This document shows, piece after piece, positions 11,979 to 21,021 of a stretch of 64,000 nucleotides of DNA. Each line of letters starts with the position of its first letter. Within the stretch, counting starts at the first letter, position 1. Made by a program: the position numbers and the translations under genes. This DNA is from a bacterium. Lineage in GTDB: Bacteria > Bacillota_I > Bacilli_A > RF39 > UBA660. Under the pieces are notes generated by a model that was not told the origin of the DNA, did no database searches, and worked only from the letters and a program-made list of their open reading frames with translations. The DNA lies in assembly GCA_030524925.1 (NCBI GenBank), contig JAUNFS010000001.1, forward strand, positions 3,963 through 67,962, read 5' to 3'.

Positions 11979-12575
11979 TTATACGATAAAAGCAAGAACT
12001 CCCAGTAAAATACCTAATAAAATTGTGCTTTCAATAATTACTAAAGTTTTGATGTGACCATCAGTATCTATTTTTTTAATTCTAAGTGGTTTTTTACCAT
12101 TAGTAATTGGTTTACGGGAATTAATGATGTCATGATATTTTTTAGTAACGGTATTTTCAGTACCATGGCTTTCTAAATAGATTATATATTCATCTAGGGC
12201 TTCTTGGGTTTTAGTTATCTTGTTATAATCAAGAGATTTTTCCATAAGGGAAATCGCTTTTTCTATGAAGGCATCTATTTGTTTACTCTCAGTTTCGCTT
12301 AGTTTTTCACCACTTGAAAGTCTTTGATATAATTTTAAAAATTCTTCTACGGTTATAATCTGCTCTTGAAAACTTATTTTATTAAGTCTAGCTTTTAAAG
12401 CATTTTTTAAACGAGTTAATTCTTCACTAGAAACGGCATTTGGATAAGCGTTTTCATAACAATCCAAGTCATCTAGATAATCTATTAAGAATTTGTCATC
12501 ATCAACTTTAGAAATGCCTTCTAATATTTCATCTAAGTTTACAATTTTTCCTAATCTTATTTGTGGTTCTAACAT
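11979..12575 (-). CDS. hypothetical tail-anchored membrane protein
   Basis: 198 aa with a helical acidic N-terminal region and a C-terminal TM (LVIIESTILLGILLGVLAFIV). Confidence 0.5.
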   Translation of the reverse strand: MLEPQIRLGKIVNLDEILEGISKVDDDKFLIDYLDDLDCYENAYPNAVSSEELTRLKNALKARLNKISFQEQIITVEEFLKLYQRLSSGEKLSETESKQIDAFIEKAISLMEKSLDYNKITKTQEALDEYIIYLESHGTENTVTKKYHDIINSRKPITNGKKPLRIKKIDTDGHIKTLVIIESTILLGILLGVLAFIV

Positions 12576-12621
12576 ATTTTCCCCTACCTTACTTTAATTA
12601 TTATACTACATATTTTATTAG

Positions 12622-12645
12622 AAAAAAAGCAGTATATTTACTGCC
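12622..12645 (-). terminator. candidate rho-independent terminator
   Basis: 6-bp stem GCAGTA / TACTGC (12629-12634, 12639-12644), loop TATT. An A7 run on the plus strand gives a U-run on the minus transcript. It lies about 200 nt downstream of the ysxE-like stop. Confidence 0.4.
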
Positions 12646-12849
12646 TAGACACTATTTTGTTATTTCCATAATATATACTAGGTGAATGTTATGCAAATGA
12701 ATAATAATGGATTTAATAATTTTTTTAAAGGGTTTTGGTCTTTCATCTGGTTTTTAATTTTATGTACCCTAATTTTTTATCAATTAATAATTACTTTTTT
12801 CTTTCCTCTTAGATGGAATATTTGTATTTTGTTGATAGAGATATTTTTG

Positions 12850-13719
12850 TTATTCTTTCTTCTCTACCGAATAATATGGCCGCATTAATTTTTCAGTTTC
12901 GTCTATGTAATCTAACATTTTACTGATATTTACGGAGTTAGACATTTCATCTTTGGTAAATGGTGTAAATTTAGGTATAGATATAGTAATAAAAAAGAGT
13001 TTTTTTTCTTCTTCTAAAAGGGAGAAGTTTTTTAAATAGGTTTCAAAGAAGGTGCCATAGTTATATTTGCCAAAGTCATTATGATAAAGATTTATTAAAT
13101 CTAAAATAGGTGTATCAACCGTATAATTATCCCAGCTTATAAATTTATTATCTATATAGTGGTCTATTGATAAGTTGTTATGACAGTAGACCACTCTTTC
13201 TTTATCTTTTGATGAGGTAAGATTATACCAACTTTCTATTTCGTCTTTGACAAATTTAATTAGTGATGTTAAACGAGTTCTGTTTGCTAGAAGAAGGTTT
13301 GCTGAAGGTGTTAGAACATTTTTAGGCTCGTATTCGTTATAGTAACTTTCTAGGGTATTTTCTAGATAGTCTATGTTATTTAAAAGATTTTCATAGATTT
13401 CCTTTACTTTATCAACTGAGATGTCTTTAAAGTATGCAGTTTTAGTGTGAAGTGATCCAAGGAGTTTAGCCATATCAGTACATTTTTGTTCTACAGGAGA
13501 GTTTACTTCCTTTAGTCTTTCGTAAACGTAGGAGTCATCTATTTCATCAATTAATTTTGGGTAAGAATCAAAATTTCTTGAGTTTAAATATGTATAAAGA
13601 TTTTTAATATCTTTGTTTTTGGGCTTTAAAATATAACTTCCTTCTTTGGTATCTATTATTTTAGATTTGCCAGCAATGGTTATTTTGTTCGGATTAAAGA
13701 TTTCATTAATTTTCTTCAT
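12850..13719 (-). CDS. CotS/YsxE-like spore-coat kinase-fold protein
   Basis: 289 aa with a phosphotransferase-like C-terminal half (VVYCHNNLSIDHYI...ISWDNYTVDTPILDL). It overlaps and follows a SpoVID-like gene, as ysxE does in B. subtilis. The expected HxD catalytic loop reads HNN. Confidence 0.5.
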   Translation of the reverse strand: MKKINEIFNPNKITIAGKSKIIDTKEGSYILKPKNKDIKNLYTYLNSRNFDSYPKLIDEIDDSYVYERLKEVNSPVEQKCTDMAKLLGSLHTKTAYFKDISVDKVKEIYENLLNNIDYLENTLESYYNEYEPKNVLTPSANLLLANRTRLTSLIKFVKDEIESWYNLTSSKDKERVVYCHNNLSIDHYIDNKFISWDNYTVDTPILDLINLYHNDFGKYNYGTFFETYLKNFSLLEEEKKLFFITISIPKFTPFTKDEMSNSVNISKMLDYIDETEKLMRPYYSVEKKE

Positions 13720-14431
13720 ATTCAGGAATAATTAGTTTCATATTGATTTCTAGGGTTTCAAATGAGTTGTATTTTTTTAGTTCTAGTAAATTGATTTTAT
13801 ATTTAGTTAATATTCCTTCTAGAGTATCATTTGGCATAACTGTATGTACGTGATATTTAATGTAAGTTTCTTCAGAGTTAATACTATTTAAAATAGTAGT
13901 TTGATTGGTTAGTGCTTCACTAGGTTCTGGAGTTTCTTCTTCTTTTATTTCATTTGGTGCAGTAGTTTCGTCAGTTATTTGCGGAAACTCCATTTTAGTT
14001 GCTTCTTGAATGTCTTTAAATCTTGGGGACTCTTCGCTTAAATCAACTACTTCAGCATCATTAGTTTTTAAGAATTCGTCTAGACTAGTTTCGTCGGCAA
14101 ATTCAATTAAGCCTTGTTCAGCAGTAATGATGTACTCAATATGGACATGTAGTTCGTCCCCGTTTTGTAGTTCATAAGAAAAATCCGTAATTTCAAGGTT
14201 GATGGTATCTAGGTTAATGTTACTTCTTAATTCATGAGTAAATGGCACTTTAAAGCTAAAGTCTTCTTTGTTGATGCTTACTTCATGAACTCTATAGTCA
14301 CCAGAGATAATAAAATCTCCTTCTAGTTTTTCACCATTTATGTCATAGTCATGTTCAATAGAGATACTGGTTATTTCAAAGATGTTTTCTTTAAAGAGAA
14401 AGTCTCTTTCTATTACAAAAGCTTCATTCAT
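13706..14431 (-). CDS. SpoVID-like protein with C-terminal LysM domain
   Basis: 241 aa. It has an N-terminal SPOCS-like region (FEITSISIEHDYDINGEKLEGDFIISGDYRVHE), an acidic linker and a C-terminal LysM (YHVHTVMPNDTLEGILTKYKINLLELKKYN). Confidence 0.55.
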   Translation of the reverse strand: MNEAFVIERDFLFKENIFEITSISIEHDYDINGEKLEGDFIISGDYRVHEVSINKEDFSFKVPFTHELRSNINLDTINLEITDFSYELQNGDELHVHIEYIITAEQGLIEFADETSLDEFLKTNDAEVVDLSEESPRFKDIQEATKMEFPQITDETTAPNEIKEEETPEPSEALTNQTTILNSINSEETYIKYHVHTVMPNDTLEGILTKYKINLLELKKYNSFETLEINMKLIIPEYEEN

Positions 14432-14481
14432 ATATTATCAGTCCTTTCAACTAAATATATGAATAAAAAAAAGAAATAATA

Positions 14482-16737
14482 CTATTTTTTCTTAAAGAAT
14501 AGTTTGATTATTTCTTCATAGTTTTCTATATAAATTAAATTAATTTCTTTTAAGATAAAGCTAGGCAGTGACTCGGTGTCTTCTTCATTTTGTTTTGGTA
14601 GGTAGACTGTTTTAATATTTTGGTTATAAGCTGTTATTAGTTTTTCTTTTAATTTTGAGATTTTTAACACGTTTCCATATAAATCTATGTTACCTAAAAA
14701 GGCGATGTTTTCAGAGATTTTAATGTTGTTTGTTAAACTTAAGATGCTAGTTAGAATACCAGTGCTGCCACTTGTGCCATCTAGTTTGATATTAGTGCCA
14801 GTAAAGTTGATGTGCAGACCTTTCTTTTTAAAGTCTATTAGATTTTTAGTTTCTAAATATGCTAGACTCAGATAAATAGCATCTTTTAGTTTATCACCGA
14901 TATTGCCAGTTATAGAAAGAGAGTTTTCAGTTTTGTAAGCACTTTCTACTTGAAGTAAGGTTCCTCCATAAGGTGTTACTCCGATGATGTTAACCTCGCC
15001 TATTTCATTTTGCTTTAAGTAGGTTTGATTTAAGTGCGGTCCAAAAATTGTTTTTAAATTTACTGGAGTTTTAGGCTTGTTGATTATCTTAAATCTAATT
15101 ATTTTATCTAGTTTTCTTTCAAGTTCTCTTACACCAAACTCTAAAGTGTAATATTTAATTACATCTAGAATCATATCTTCTTTGATGGTTACTTTTGTAT
15201 GATATTTTTGATTAATATTAGGTATAAGATAGTTTAAAGCAATGTCTTTTTTCTCAAAGATGGTATAGCTTGGCAGATTAATAAGTTCAAGACGGTCTTT
15301 TAGAATTGGTGAAATAAGACTCGCATCATTGGCGGTTAAAATAAATAGACAGTTAGATAAATTGACCGGTTCTTCTACGTAGTTATCTATGAATTCTTTA
15401 TTTTGTTTAGTATCTAAAATATCTAATAGTGTGCTTGCTGGATCGCCTTTATAGTCTTTTAATAGTTTATCTACTTCATCTAGTAAAATTACCGGATTAT
15501 TTGAGCCGCATTTAATAAGTGAAGCAATTATTTTACCAGGTGCTGCACCTAGATATGTACGGCGGTGGCCAGTTAGCTCTGATGAGTCATTTAAACCTCC
15601 TAAGCTAATTTTAGCAAAGTCTCTTTTTAAGGATGCTGCAATACTTTTAGCGATGGTTGTTTTACCAATTCCAGGAGCACCAACTAAGCAGATAATGGGG
15701 TTTTCTAGACTAGGATTTAAAGCTTTTAGGCTGCCAAATTCACAAATTCTCTCTTTAATTTCTTCTAGCCCGTAGTGACTTTCATTTAGAACTTTTAAGA
15801 TGGCTTTTGAGTCAGTTTCTTCTTCTTTTGAACGAGCAAATGGAATAGATAAAAGGGTTTCTATGTAGTTTCTAATCATTGATATTTCAGGACTATTTAC
15901 GGGAGTGTATTCATATTTTTGAAGTTCAAATAAGAGTTTTGTTTTGATTTTACTAGGAGCATTTAGTTCTGATACTTTTCTTCTTAAATTAATGATTTCT
16001 TCTTCTTTACTACTAGATAAGCCTAGTTCAGCATTTAGTTTGGCAATTTTTTGTTTGATAATAAATTCTTTTTGCTCTTTAGCAAATTCTTCTTTAATCT
16101 CGTAATCTATTTTAGCACTTAATTTAAGCATTTCTAGTTCTACATTTAGTTCTTTAATTAAAGTTTTAGCTCTTGCGTTTGCATCAAATTCATTCATGTA
16201 GTAAATTCTTTTTTCTTTAGGAAATTTTAAAAATGATACTACTAGATCAGTTAAGTCATCTATAGATGCCGTACTTATTTTATTTAAGATACTATTATCC
16301 ATTTCCGGATTAAGTTTAATATACGTGTTTAAAATTGCAATCAATTTCTTTTTTAGAGCTGCCGTTTCTATATCTTCAGCAACCTCAATATAAAGCATTT
16401 TAGCATTTGCTAAGAGGATACTTTTATCTTTTTGATAGTTTAAATATTTATTAACTTTAACACGGTTTAATCCTTTTAAGACGACACGATAATTATTATT
16501 TGGCAAGACTATTTTAGAGTTAATATAAGCAAGAATACCTACTTTAGGTAAGTCAGTGATAGTTGGAGATTCTTCTAAAGTGTTTTCAGGGAGAATAACT
16601 AATACTTTATTATTAAATTCAAGGGAACTTAAATCAATTATCTTTTTTGATAAGTTATTGTTTAACTCTATACGGACTTCTTGGGTTGGTAATAGGGTTA
16701 GTTTTTTTAATAAAAGTACGGGTATATTTTCCTTCAT
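14482..16737 (-). CDS. lon: ATP-dependent Lon protease
   Basis: 751 aa with an N-terminal LON domain, AAA+ Walker A GAPGIGKTT and a C-terminal protease domain carrying a divergent Ser box (KLDGTSGSTGI) and Lys box (KLKEKL). Confidence 0.85.
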   Translation of the reverse strand: MKENIPVLLLKKLTLLPTQEVRIELNNNLSKKIIDLSSLEFNNKVLVILPENTLEESPTITDLPKVGILAYINSKIVLPNNNYRVVLKGLNRVKVNKYLNYQKDKSILLANAKMLYIEVAEDIETAALKKKLIAILNTYIKLNPEMDNSILNKISTASIDDLTDLVVSFLKFPKEKRIYYMNEFDANARAKTLIKELNVELEMLKLSAKIDYEIKEEFAKEQKEFIIKQKIAKLNAELGLSSSKEEEIINLRRKVSELNAPSKIKTKLLFELQKYEYTPVNSPEISMIRNYIETLLSIPFARSKEEETDSKAILKVLNESHYGLEEIKERICEFGSLKALNPSLENPIICLVGAPGIGKTTIAKSIAASLKRDFAKISLGGLNDSSELTGHRRTYLGAAPGKIIASLIKCGSNNPVILLDEVDKLLKDYKGDPASTLLDILDTKQNKEFIDNYVEEPVNLSNCLFILTANDASLISPILKDRLELINLPSYTIFEKKDIALNYLIPNINQKYHTKVTIKEDMILDVIKYYTLEFGVRELERKLDKIIRFKIINKPKTPVNLKTIFGPHLNQTYLKQNEIGEVNIIGVTPYGGTLLQVESAYKTENSLSITGNIGDKLKDAIYLSLAYLETKNLIDFKKKGLHINFTGTNIKLDGTSGSTGILTSILSLTNNIKISENIAFLGNIDLYGNVLKISKLKEKLITAYNQNIKTVYLPKQNEEDTESLPSFILKEINLIYIENYEEIIKLFFKKK

Positions 16738-16811
16738 ATTAACCTCCCAAACATTTGTGACTTATTATATATTTTTATATTTTGTTTGTAAACCTTTTAA
16801 GTAAATTATTT

Positions 16812-16837
16812 AAAAAAAACCACAGTTTTGTGGTTTT
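16812..16837 (-). terminator. rho-independent terminator after efp
   Basis: Stem AAAACCACA / TGTGGTTTT (16816-16824, 16829-16837), loop GTTT, flanked by an A-run on the plus strand. It overlaps the efp stop. Confidence 0.6.
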
Positions 16838-17396
16838 ATGCTCTAGATGAATATTTGCCGTCTTTTGTAGTTACTAAGATTTTTTCGCCAACACCAATGA
16901 ACATAGGAACTTTTACAGTATAACCTGTTTCAATAGTTGCGTCTTTCATAGCGTTATTAGTAGTGTTACCTTTAACAGCATCTGTTGTATCTATTACTTC
17001 ATAGTCTACCTTTTCTGGTAGGGTTATTCCTAAAATTTCACCTTCGTACATAGAAACTTCTATTTCTAAGTTTTCTTTTAAGAAATTCACATCATTACCA
17101 AGGGTACTTGCAGGAATTTCTAATTGACTATAATCTTCATTATTCATAAAAATATAGTTTGTTCCATCATTATATAGATATTGCATGTGTAGTTTGTCTA
17201 CATGAGCTTTTTCTAATTTTAAAGTGGTATTAAATGTTTGTTCAACGATAGAACCAGTTTTTAAATTTTTATATTTAATTCTAACAAAAGCTGGGCCTTT
17301 GCCTGGTTTTACATGTTGAAACTCAATTATCATACATAAATTACCATCTAAAATGACAGTCATACCATTTTTTATGTCATTTATATTTACGTTCAT
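16836..17396 (-). CDS. efp: elongation factor P
   Basis: 186 aa with the loop HVKPGKGPAFVRIKYKNLKTG, length and three-domain pattern typical of EF-P. Confidence 0.95.
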   Translation of the reverse strand: MNVNINDIKNGMTVILDGNLCMIIEFQHVKPGKGPAFVRIKYKNLKTGSIVEQTFNTTLKLEKAHVDKLHMQYLYNDGTNYIFMNNEDYSQLEIPASTLGNDVNFLKENLEIEVSMYEGEILGITLPEKVDYEVIDTTDAVKGNTTNNAMKDATIETGYTVKVPMFIGVGEKILVTTKDGKYSSRA

Positions 17397-17414
17397 ACTA
17401 TTTTACTCCTCTTA

Positions 17415-17582
17415 TTATTTTTTTTCTTTAAATACTTGGACTTTTCCGCAAGTTTTGCAGAACTTTTTGATTTCTAGTTTATCTGGAGTATTAGCTTTGT
17501 TTTTTTCTGTAGGGCGAATAAAAGAACCACATACAGAACATTTTAACTCAACAGGATTACGATTTTCGTTTTTCTTTGCCAT
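17415..17582 (-). CDS. rpmG: 50S ribosomal protein L33 (zinc-ribbon type)
   Basis: Absent from the ORF track (55 aa). Hand translation: MAKKNENRNPVELKCSVCGSFIRPTEKNKANTPDKLEIKKFCKTCGKVQVFKEKK. GGAGGAAAG RBS upstream; two CxxC pairs. Confidence 0.85.
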   Translation of the reverse strand: MAKKNENRNPVELKCSVCGSFIRPTEKNKANTPDKLEIKKFCKTCGKVQVFKEKK

Positions 17583-17611
17583 AAATACTTTCCTCCTTTT
17601 TGCTCGTTAGT

Positions 17612-17641
17612 ATTATAACATATTATTAAAGTTATTAGCAA
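17612..17641 (-). promoter_or_regulatory. candidate promoter of rpmG-efp
   Basis: Minus strand reads TTGCTA (17636-17641), 18-nt spacer, TATAAT (17612-17617). Confidence 0.35.
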
Positions 17642-17649
17642 TAATAAAT

Positions 17650-17844
17650 TTAATATAAATGCCAAACGTATCTAACTTTTTCTACTACATTATAGTCTTT
17701 ACAATATACTTTGGTTTCAGCTGAAGTTGCATCAAAGTTATGGCAAACTTTTTCTTCAGGCATATTTTCTATTCTATAAAGGGTTATGCCTCCTAAAACT
17801 GCTAAAGCAATAAGTATAAAACATGGTATTATTGATCTTTCCAT
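17650..17844 (-). CDS. small membrane-anchored hypothetical protein
   Basis: 64 aa with an N-terminal TM (IIPCFILIALAVLGGITLY) and a Cys-containing tail. It has the same orientation as flanking genes. Confidence 0.35.
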   Translation of the reverse strand: MERSIIPCFILIALAVLGGITLYRIENMPEEKVCHNFDATSAETKVYCKDYNVVEKVRYVWHLY

Positions 17845-17874
17845 TACATCTATCCTCCATTAATACTATATCAC

Positions 17875-19785
17875 TTATTTAAGGTATTTTTCAATCACTA
17901 ATTTACTTGCCCTTTTCATTATTTTTTGATTTATGGGATAACGGTAATTACTTACATTGTTTTGATATCTTATATTTGGACTTACTAGGACTAATGATAT
18001 TTTAGGATTTTCATAAGGAAGGTATGCAGCAAAAGTAACCCCAATGGTTTTGATTAACTTATTATTTTCAAGATATAAAAAGCTTTCACTAGTTCCAGTT
18101 TTGCCAGCTGATGGATAGTTATTCCAAATATAGCCGTAGCCAGTTCCAGTTTTAGTAACAGCATGAAAGCCTTTACGTATTTCTTCTAAGTCTTCTTGAT
18201 TGATTGGTACAGTGTTTAAAAGTTTACTTTCTTTTTTGTACATTGGTGATCCATCAGTGTTTAGAGCTTCATTAAAGATATTTAAAGCGTATCTATTTCC
18301 TGTTGCGATAGTATTAATGTAGCTTACTAGAGATATTGGCGTATAAGCATCATACTGACCAATTGAGATGTTTAGTAGCTGATCATCAGTGATAGTCATT
18401 CCTTTATAGCCGGTTTCTTCATTTGATAAGTCTATTTCACTTTTGGTTCCAAGACCATAAAGTTTTAACATATTGCGGTAAGTGTCAAAGTGACTTTGGT
18501 TTGCATTTAATGACATATTGCGGTAGTAGTTTTTGCCTGTCAGTTTGATTGCTATAAGATACTGATAATAGTTACTACTCATTCTTAAGGCTTCTATGGG
18601 ATCTAGCAAGCCAAGTGATTTCCAAGAACATTTATCTTTGGTGGTATTTAATTTAACGCAGCTATCAACTACTCTATTTTTGGGAAGCAAATCATATTTA
18701 TAACCAACTGAGATAGTAGCACCTTTAACGACACTACCTACTACATAGGAATCTAATATGGCATTATAGTTATAGTTAATGAAATCCTGGTTTGCAGTAA
18801 TTTTTTTGCCAACTAAGGAGATTATTCCACCAGTATTTGGGTCAGACACGATAAGATAAGATGTGTCATAATATTTGGTGTTGGGAGCATTTTTGGCTTT
18901 TAGCATTTCTTCTTCTAGAATAGTTTCAAGTTCTTTTTGAAGTTCTATATCTATATTTAAGACAATGTCATTACCTTTAATTGCTGGAGTTTTTTGTGTT
19001 AAAAAGTTATTTTCTACTTGATATGTAGCTTTAGTTCCTCTTAAGTAGTCATCATAAATAAGTTCTAGATTATTAATACCTACTCGGTCATTTAACTTAT
19101 AACCCTTATCTAAATAATATTCTTTTAGCTCAGCAGGAAGGCCATTAGATGAAACACTACCAAAAATGTCTTTTAAAGTGTTTTCATAAGGATAATGTCT
19201 TTCCCAGGTTATTTCAGTATGAATGCCTTTAAGATTTTCTTTGGTAATGCTCGCATATTCTTCATCAGTTAGTTTCTTTTTGATAATTTTATTTTCGTAG
19301 CTGTAGCCGTTTTTCATTAAATAATATATTGTACAGACCTTTGAATCTATTTCTTTTAGATTTTCTTTTGTTATAAGAGATAGCTTGTATTCTTCATATT
19401 CTTTTTTTGATAGTTTTCTTTCGTTATATTTGGTTTTAATATCTTCAGGAATTTGATTATTGATTTTTTGTTCGTTAAAGGTTAGATAATATTTTTTTAA
19501 ACTTGCATCTGTAACATTTTCTTTGATATCAATTAAAGTAGATAGTTTTTTGGCTATTTCATTAATTTCACTGTTAGTTAGAGATAACTCATTAAATACA
19601 AGACTTTTAATACCAATATTATCTACTAGAATGTGACCATTTCTATCTAGAATTCTACCTCTTGGAGCAGTTAAGCCTTCAATTACCGTTTCACTTTGAT
19701 AGGCATGAGTTTTACCTTGCAAGGATATAACTCTAAATAAGACAATACTAAAAATAAGAATTAGGTATACAATATATTTTTTCAT
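17875..19785 (-). CDS. class B penicillin-binding protein (PBP2-type transpeptidase)
   Basis: 636 aa with an N-terminal TM and the SxxK (SVVK), SxN (SSN) and KTG (KTGT) motifs in the right order. Confidence 0.8.
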   Translation of the reverse strand: MKKYIVYLILIFSIVLFRVISLQGKTHAYQSETVIEGLTAPRGRILDRNGHILVDNIGIKSLVFNELSLTNSEINEIAKKLSTLIDIKENVTDASLKKYYLTFNEQKINNQIPEDIKTKYNERKLSKKEYEEYKLSLITKENLKEIDSKVCTIYYLMKNGYSYENKIIKKKLTDEEYASITKENLKGIHTEITWERHYPYENTLKDIFGSVSSNGLPAELKEYYLDKGYKLNDRVGINNLELIYDDYLRGTKATYQVENNFLTQKTPAIKGNDIVLNIDIELQKELETILEEEMLKAKNAPNTKYYDTSYLIVSDPNTGGIISLVGKKITANQDFINYNYNAILDSYVVGSVVKGATISVGYKYDLLPKNRVVDSCVKLNTTKDKCSWKSLGLLDPIEALRMSSNYYQYLIAIKLTGKNYYRNMSLNANQSHFDTYRNMLKLYGLGTKSEIDLSNEETGYKGMTITDDQLLNISIGQYDAYTPISLVSYINTIATGNRYALNIFNEALNTDGSPMYKKESKLLNTVPINQEDLEEIRKGFHAVTKTGTGYGYIWNNYPSAGKTGTSESFLYLENNKLIKTIGVTFAAYLPYENPKISLVLVSPNIRYQNNVSNYRYPINQKIMKRASKLVIEKYLK

Positions 19786-19840
19786 ACCACTATTATGTGC
19801 ATATTTTCACTTTTTAACATATAATATATTGGTGAATTTA

Positions 19841-20092
19841 ATGAATAATATAATTAAAGCATATATTAGAAGTATGTCTATGGATGATGTTAGAAGCTTT
19901 GCAGATAGAAAAGGAATTGTTTTAACTGACGATGAGCTTGCTTATGCGTTTAGCTATATTAAAAATAATGGCGAAGAAATGATTGATAAGCCTAATTCTT
20001 TTGATTTAAGTGATCATAAAAGTGCATTTTCTAATGAAAACTACGAGAAGATTAATAAGTTATTAAAAGAGTATATAAGATATTTAAAATAG
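19841..20092 (+). CDS. DUF2624 (YqfT-like) small protein
   Basis: Track ORF 19829..20092 trimmed to ATG 19841, which is 5 nt after GGTGA. It is adjacent to nfo, as yqfT is in B. subtilis. Weak similarity by recognition. Confidence 0.45.
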   Translation: MNNIIKAYIRSMSMDDVRSFADRKGIVLTDDELAYAFSYIKNNGEEMIDKPNSFDLSDHKSAFSNENYEKINKLLKEYIRYLK

Positions 20093-20950
20093 TTCTTTTA
20101 AGTTCGGATTAAAGGTTTGGTCTTTTAACATTTGAATTTCTTCTTTGTAAGGAGCTTTTTCATTAATGTATGGTGTTTCTAGGATTTTAGGAACATCTTT
20201 TAATTTTGGATTGTTTAAAACAGCTAATAAAGAGGAAAATCCGATATTGCCAAAGCCGATATTTTCATGACGATCTTTATGAGAACCAACTGGGTTTTTA
20301 CTGTCGTTTAAGTGAACACAGTGAATTTTTTGAATGCCAATTATTTTATCAAAGGCTTCTAAATATTTATCAAAGTGAGAAATATCTACTCCTGAATCAC
20401 TTAAGTGGCAAGTATCTAAGCAAACACCAATTTTATCATTTAGATTAATATTTTTAATGATTGTATTTAGTTCATCTAAATTGATACCAATTTCTGTGCC
20501 TTTACCAGCCATGGTTTCTAGAAGAATACAAATGTTATCCTCTGCTTTTAGAATGGCATTTAGAGCATCTATAATATTATTAATAGCAATGTGTCTTGGA
20601 ATAGATACAGCTGAGCCTGGGTGCAGTACGATGTATTTTACGCCTAAAGTAAGACATCTTTCTATTTCTTTACGAAGAAACTGTTTACTAAATTCATATT
20701 TAGTTTCATCTAAGTTATTTGCTAAATTAATAATGTATGGAGCATGGCAAATTATACTAGATGGAGATATATTGTTTTCTTCCATTAGTTTTTTTGCTTC
20801 TTCTAAGTATTTTAAATTTATTTCTTTTCTAATAGTGTTATGAGGGGCTCCAGTATAGAACATAAATGCGTTTGCTCTATAACTGATTGTTTCTTTTACA
20901 CTACCTAATATTTGTTCATTTGAAAATGAAACATGACTACCTAAGATCAT
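20084..20950 (-). CDS. nfo: endonuclease IV
   Basis: 288 aa with a TIM-barrel Nfo pattern (ILGSHVS, HAPYIINLA, VLHPGS, LETMAGKG, CLDTCH, HLNDS). Confidence 0.92.
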   Translation of the reverse strand: MILGSHVSFSNEQILGSVKETISYRANAFMFYTGAPHNTIRKEINLKYLEEAKKLMEENNISPSSIICHAPYIINLANNLDETKYEFSKQFLRKEIERCLTLGVKYIVLHPGSAVSIPRHIAINNIIDALNAILKAEDNICILLETMAGKGTEIGINLDELNTIIKNINLNDKIGVCLDTCHLSDSGVDISHFDKYLEAFDKIIGIQKIHCVHLNDSKNPVGSHKDRHENIGFGNIGFSSLLAVLNNPKLKDVPKILETPYINEKAPYKEEIQMLKDQTFNPNLKELF

Positions 20951-20995
20951 TTTTTATCACCAGTTAAATTATATCTTAATCCAAATTTTATAGCA

Positions 20996-21020
20996 AGAAA
21001 AAAATCCTTTAACAGGATTT
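20996..21020 (-). terminator. rho-independent terminator after pilin-like gene
   Basis: 7-bp stem AAATCCT / AGGATTT (21002-21008, 21014-21020), loop TTAAC. An A-run on the plus strand gives a U-run on the minus transcript. Confidence 0.55.
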
Positions 21021-21021
21021 A

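Noticed and set aside
12682-12888. Plus-strand 68-aa hydrophobic ORF (a possible 65-aa form from ATG 12691 with an AGGTGA RBS), convergent with and overlapping the ysxE-like gene by 39 nt.
   Set aside because: The product is Phe/Leu/Ile-rich, as expected by chance in AT-rich DNA. There is no supporting terminator on the plus strand. I keep it only as a weak possibility and do not list it as a feature.
14482-16737. Lon protease domain possibly inactive because the Ser box reads DGTSGSTG instead of DGPSAG.
   Set aside because: A Ser-x-Gly (STG) remains at the aligned position after a two-residue insertion, and the catalytic Lys box (KLKEK) is present. The enzyme is most likely divergent but active.
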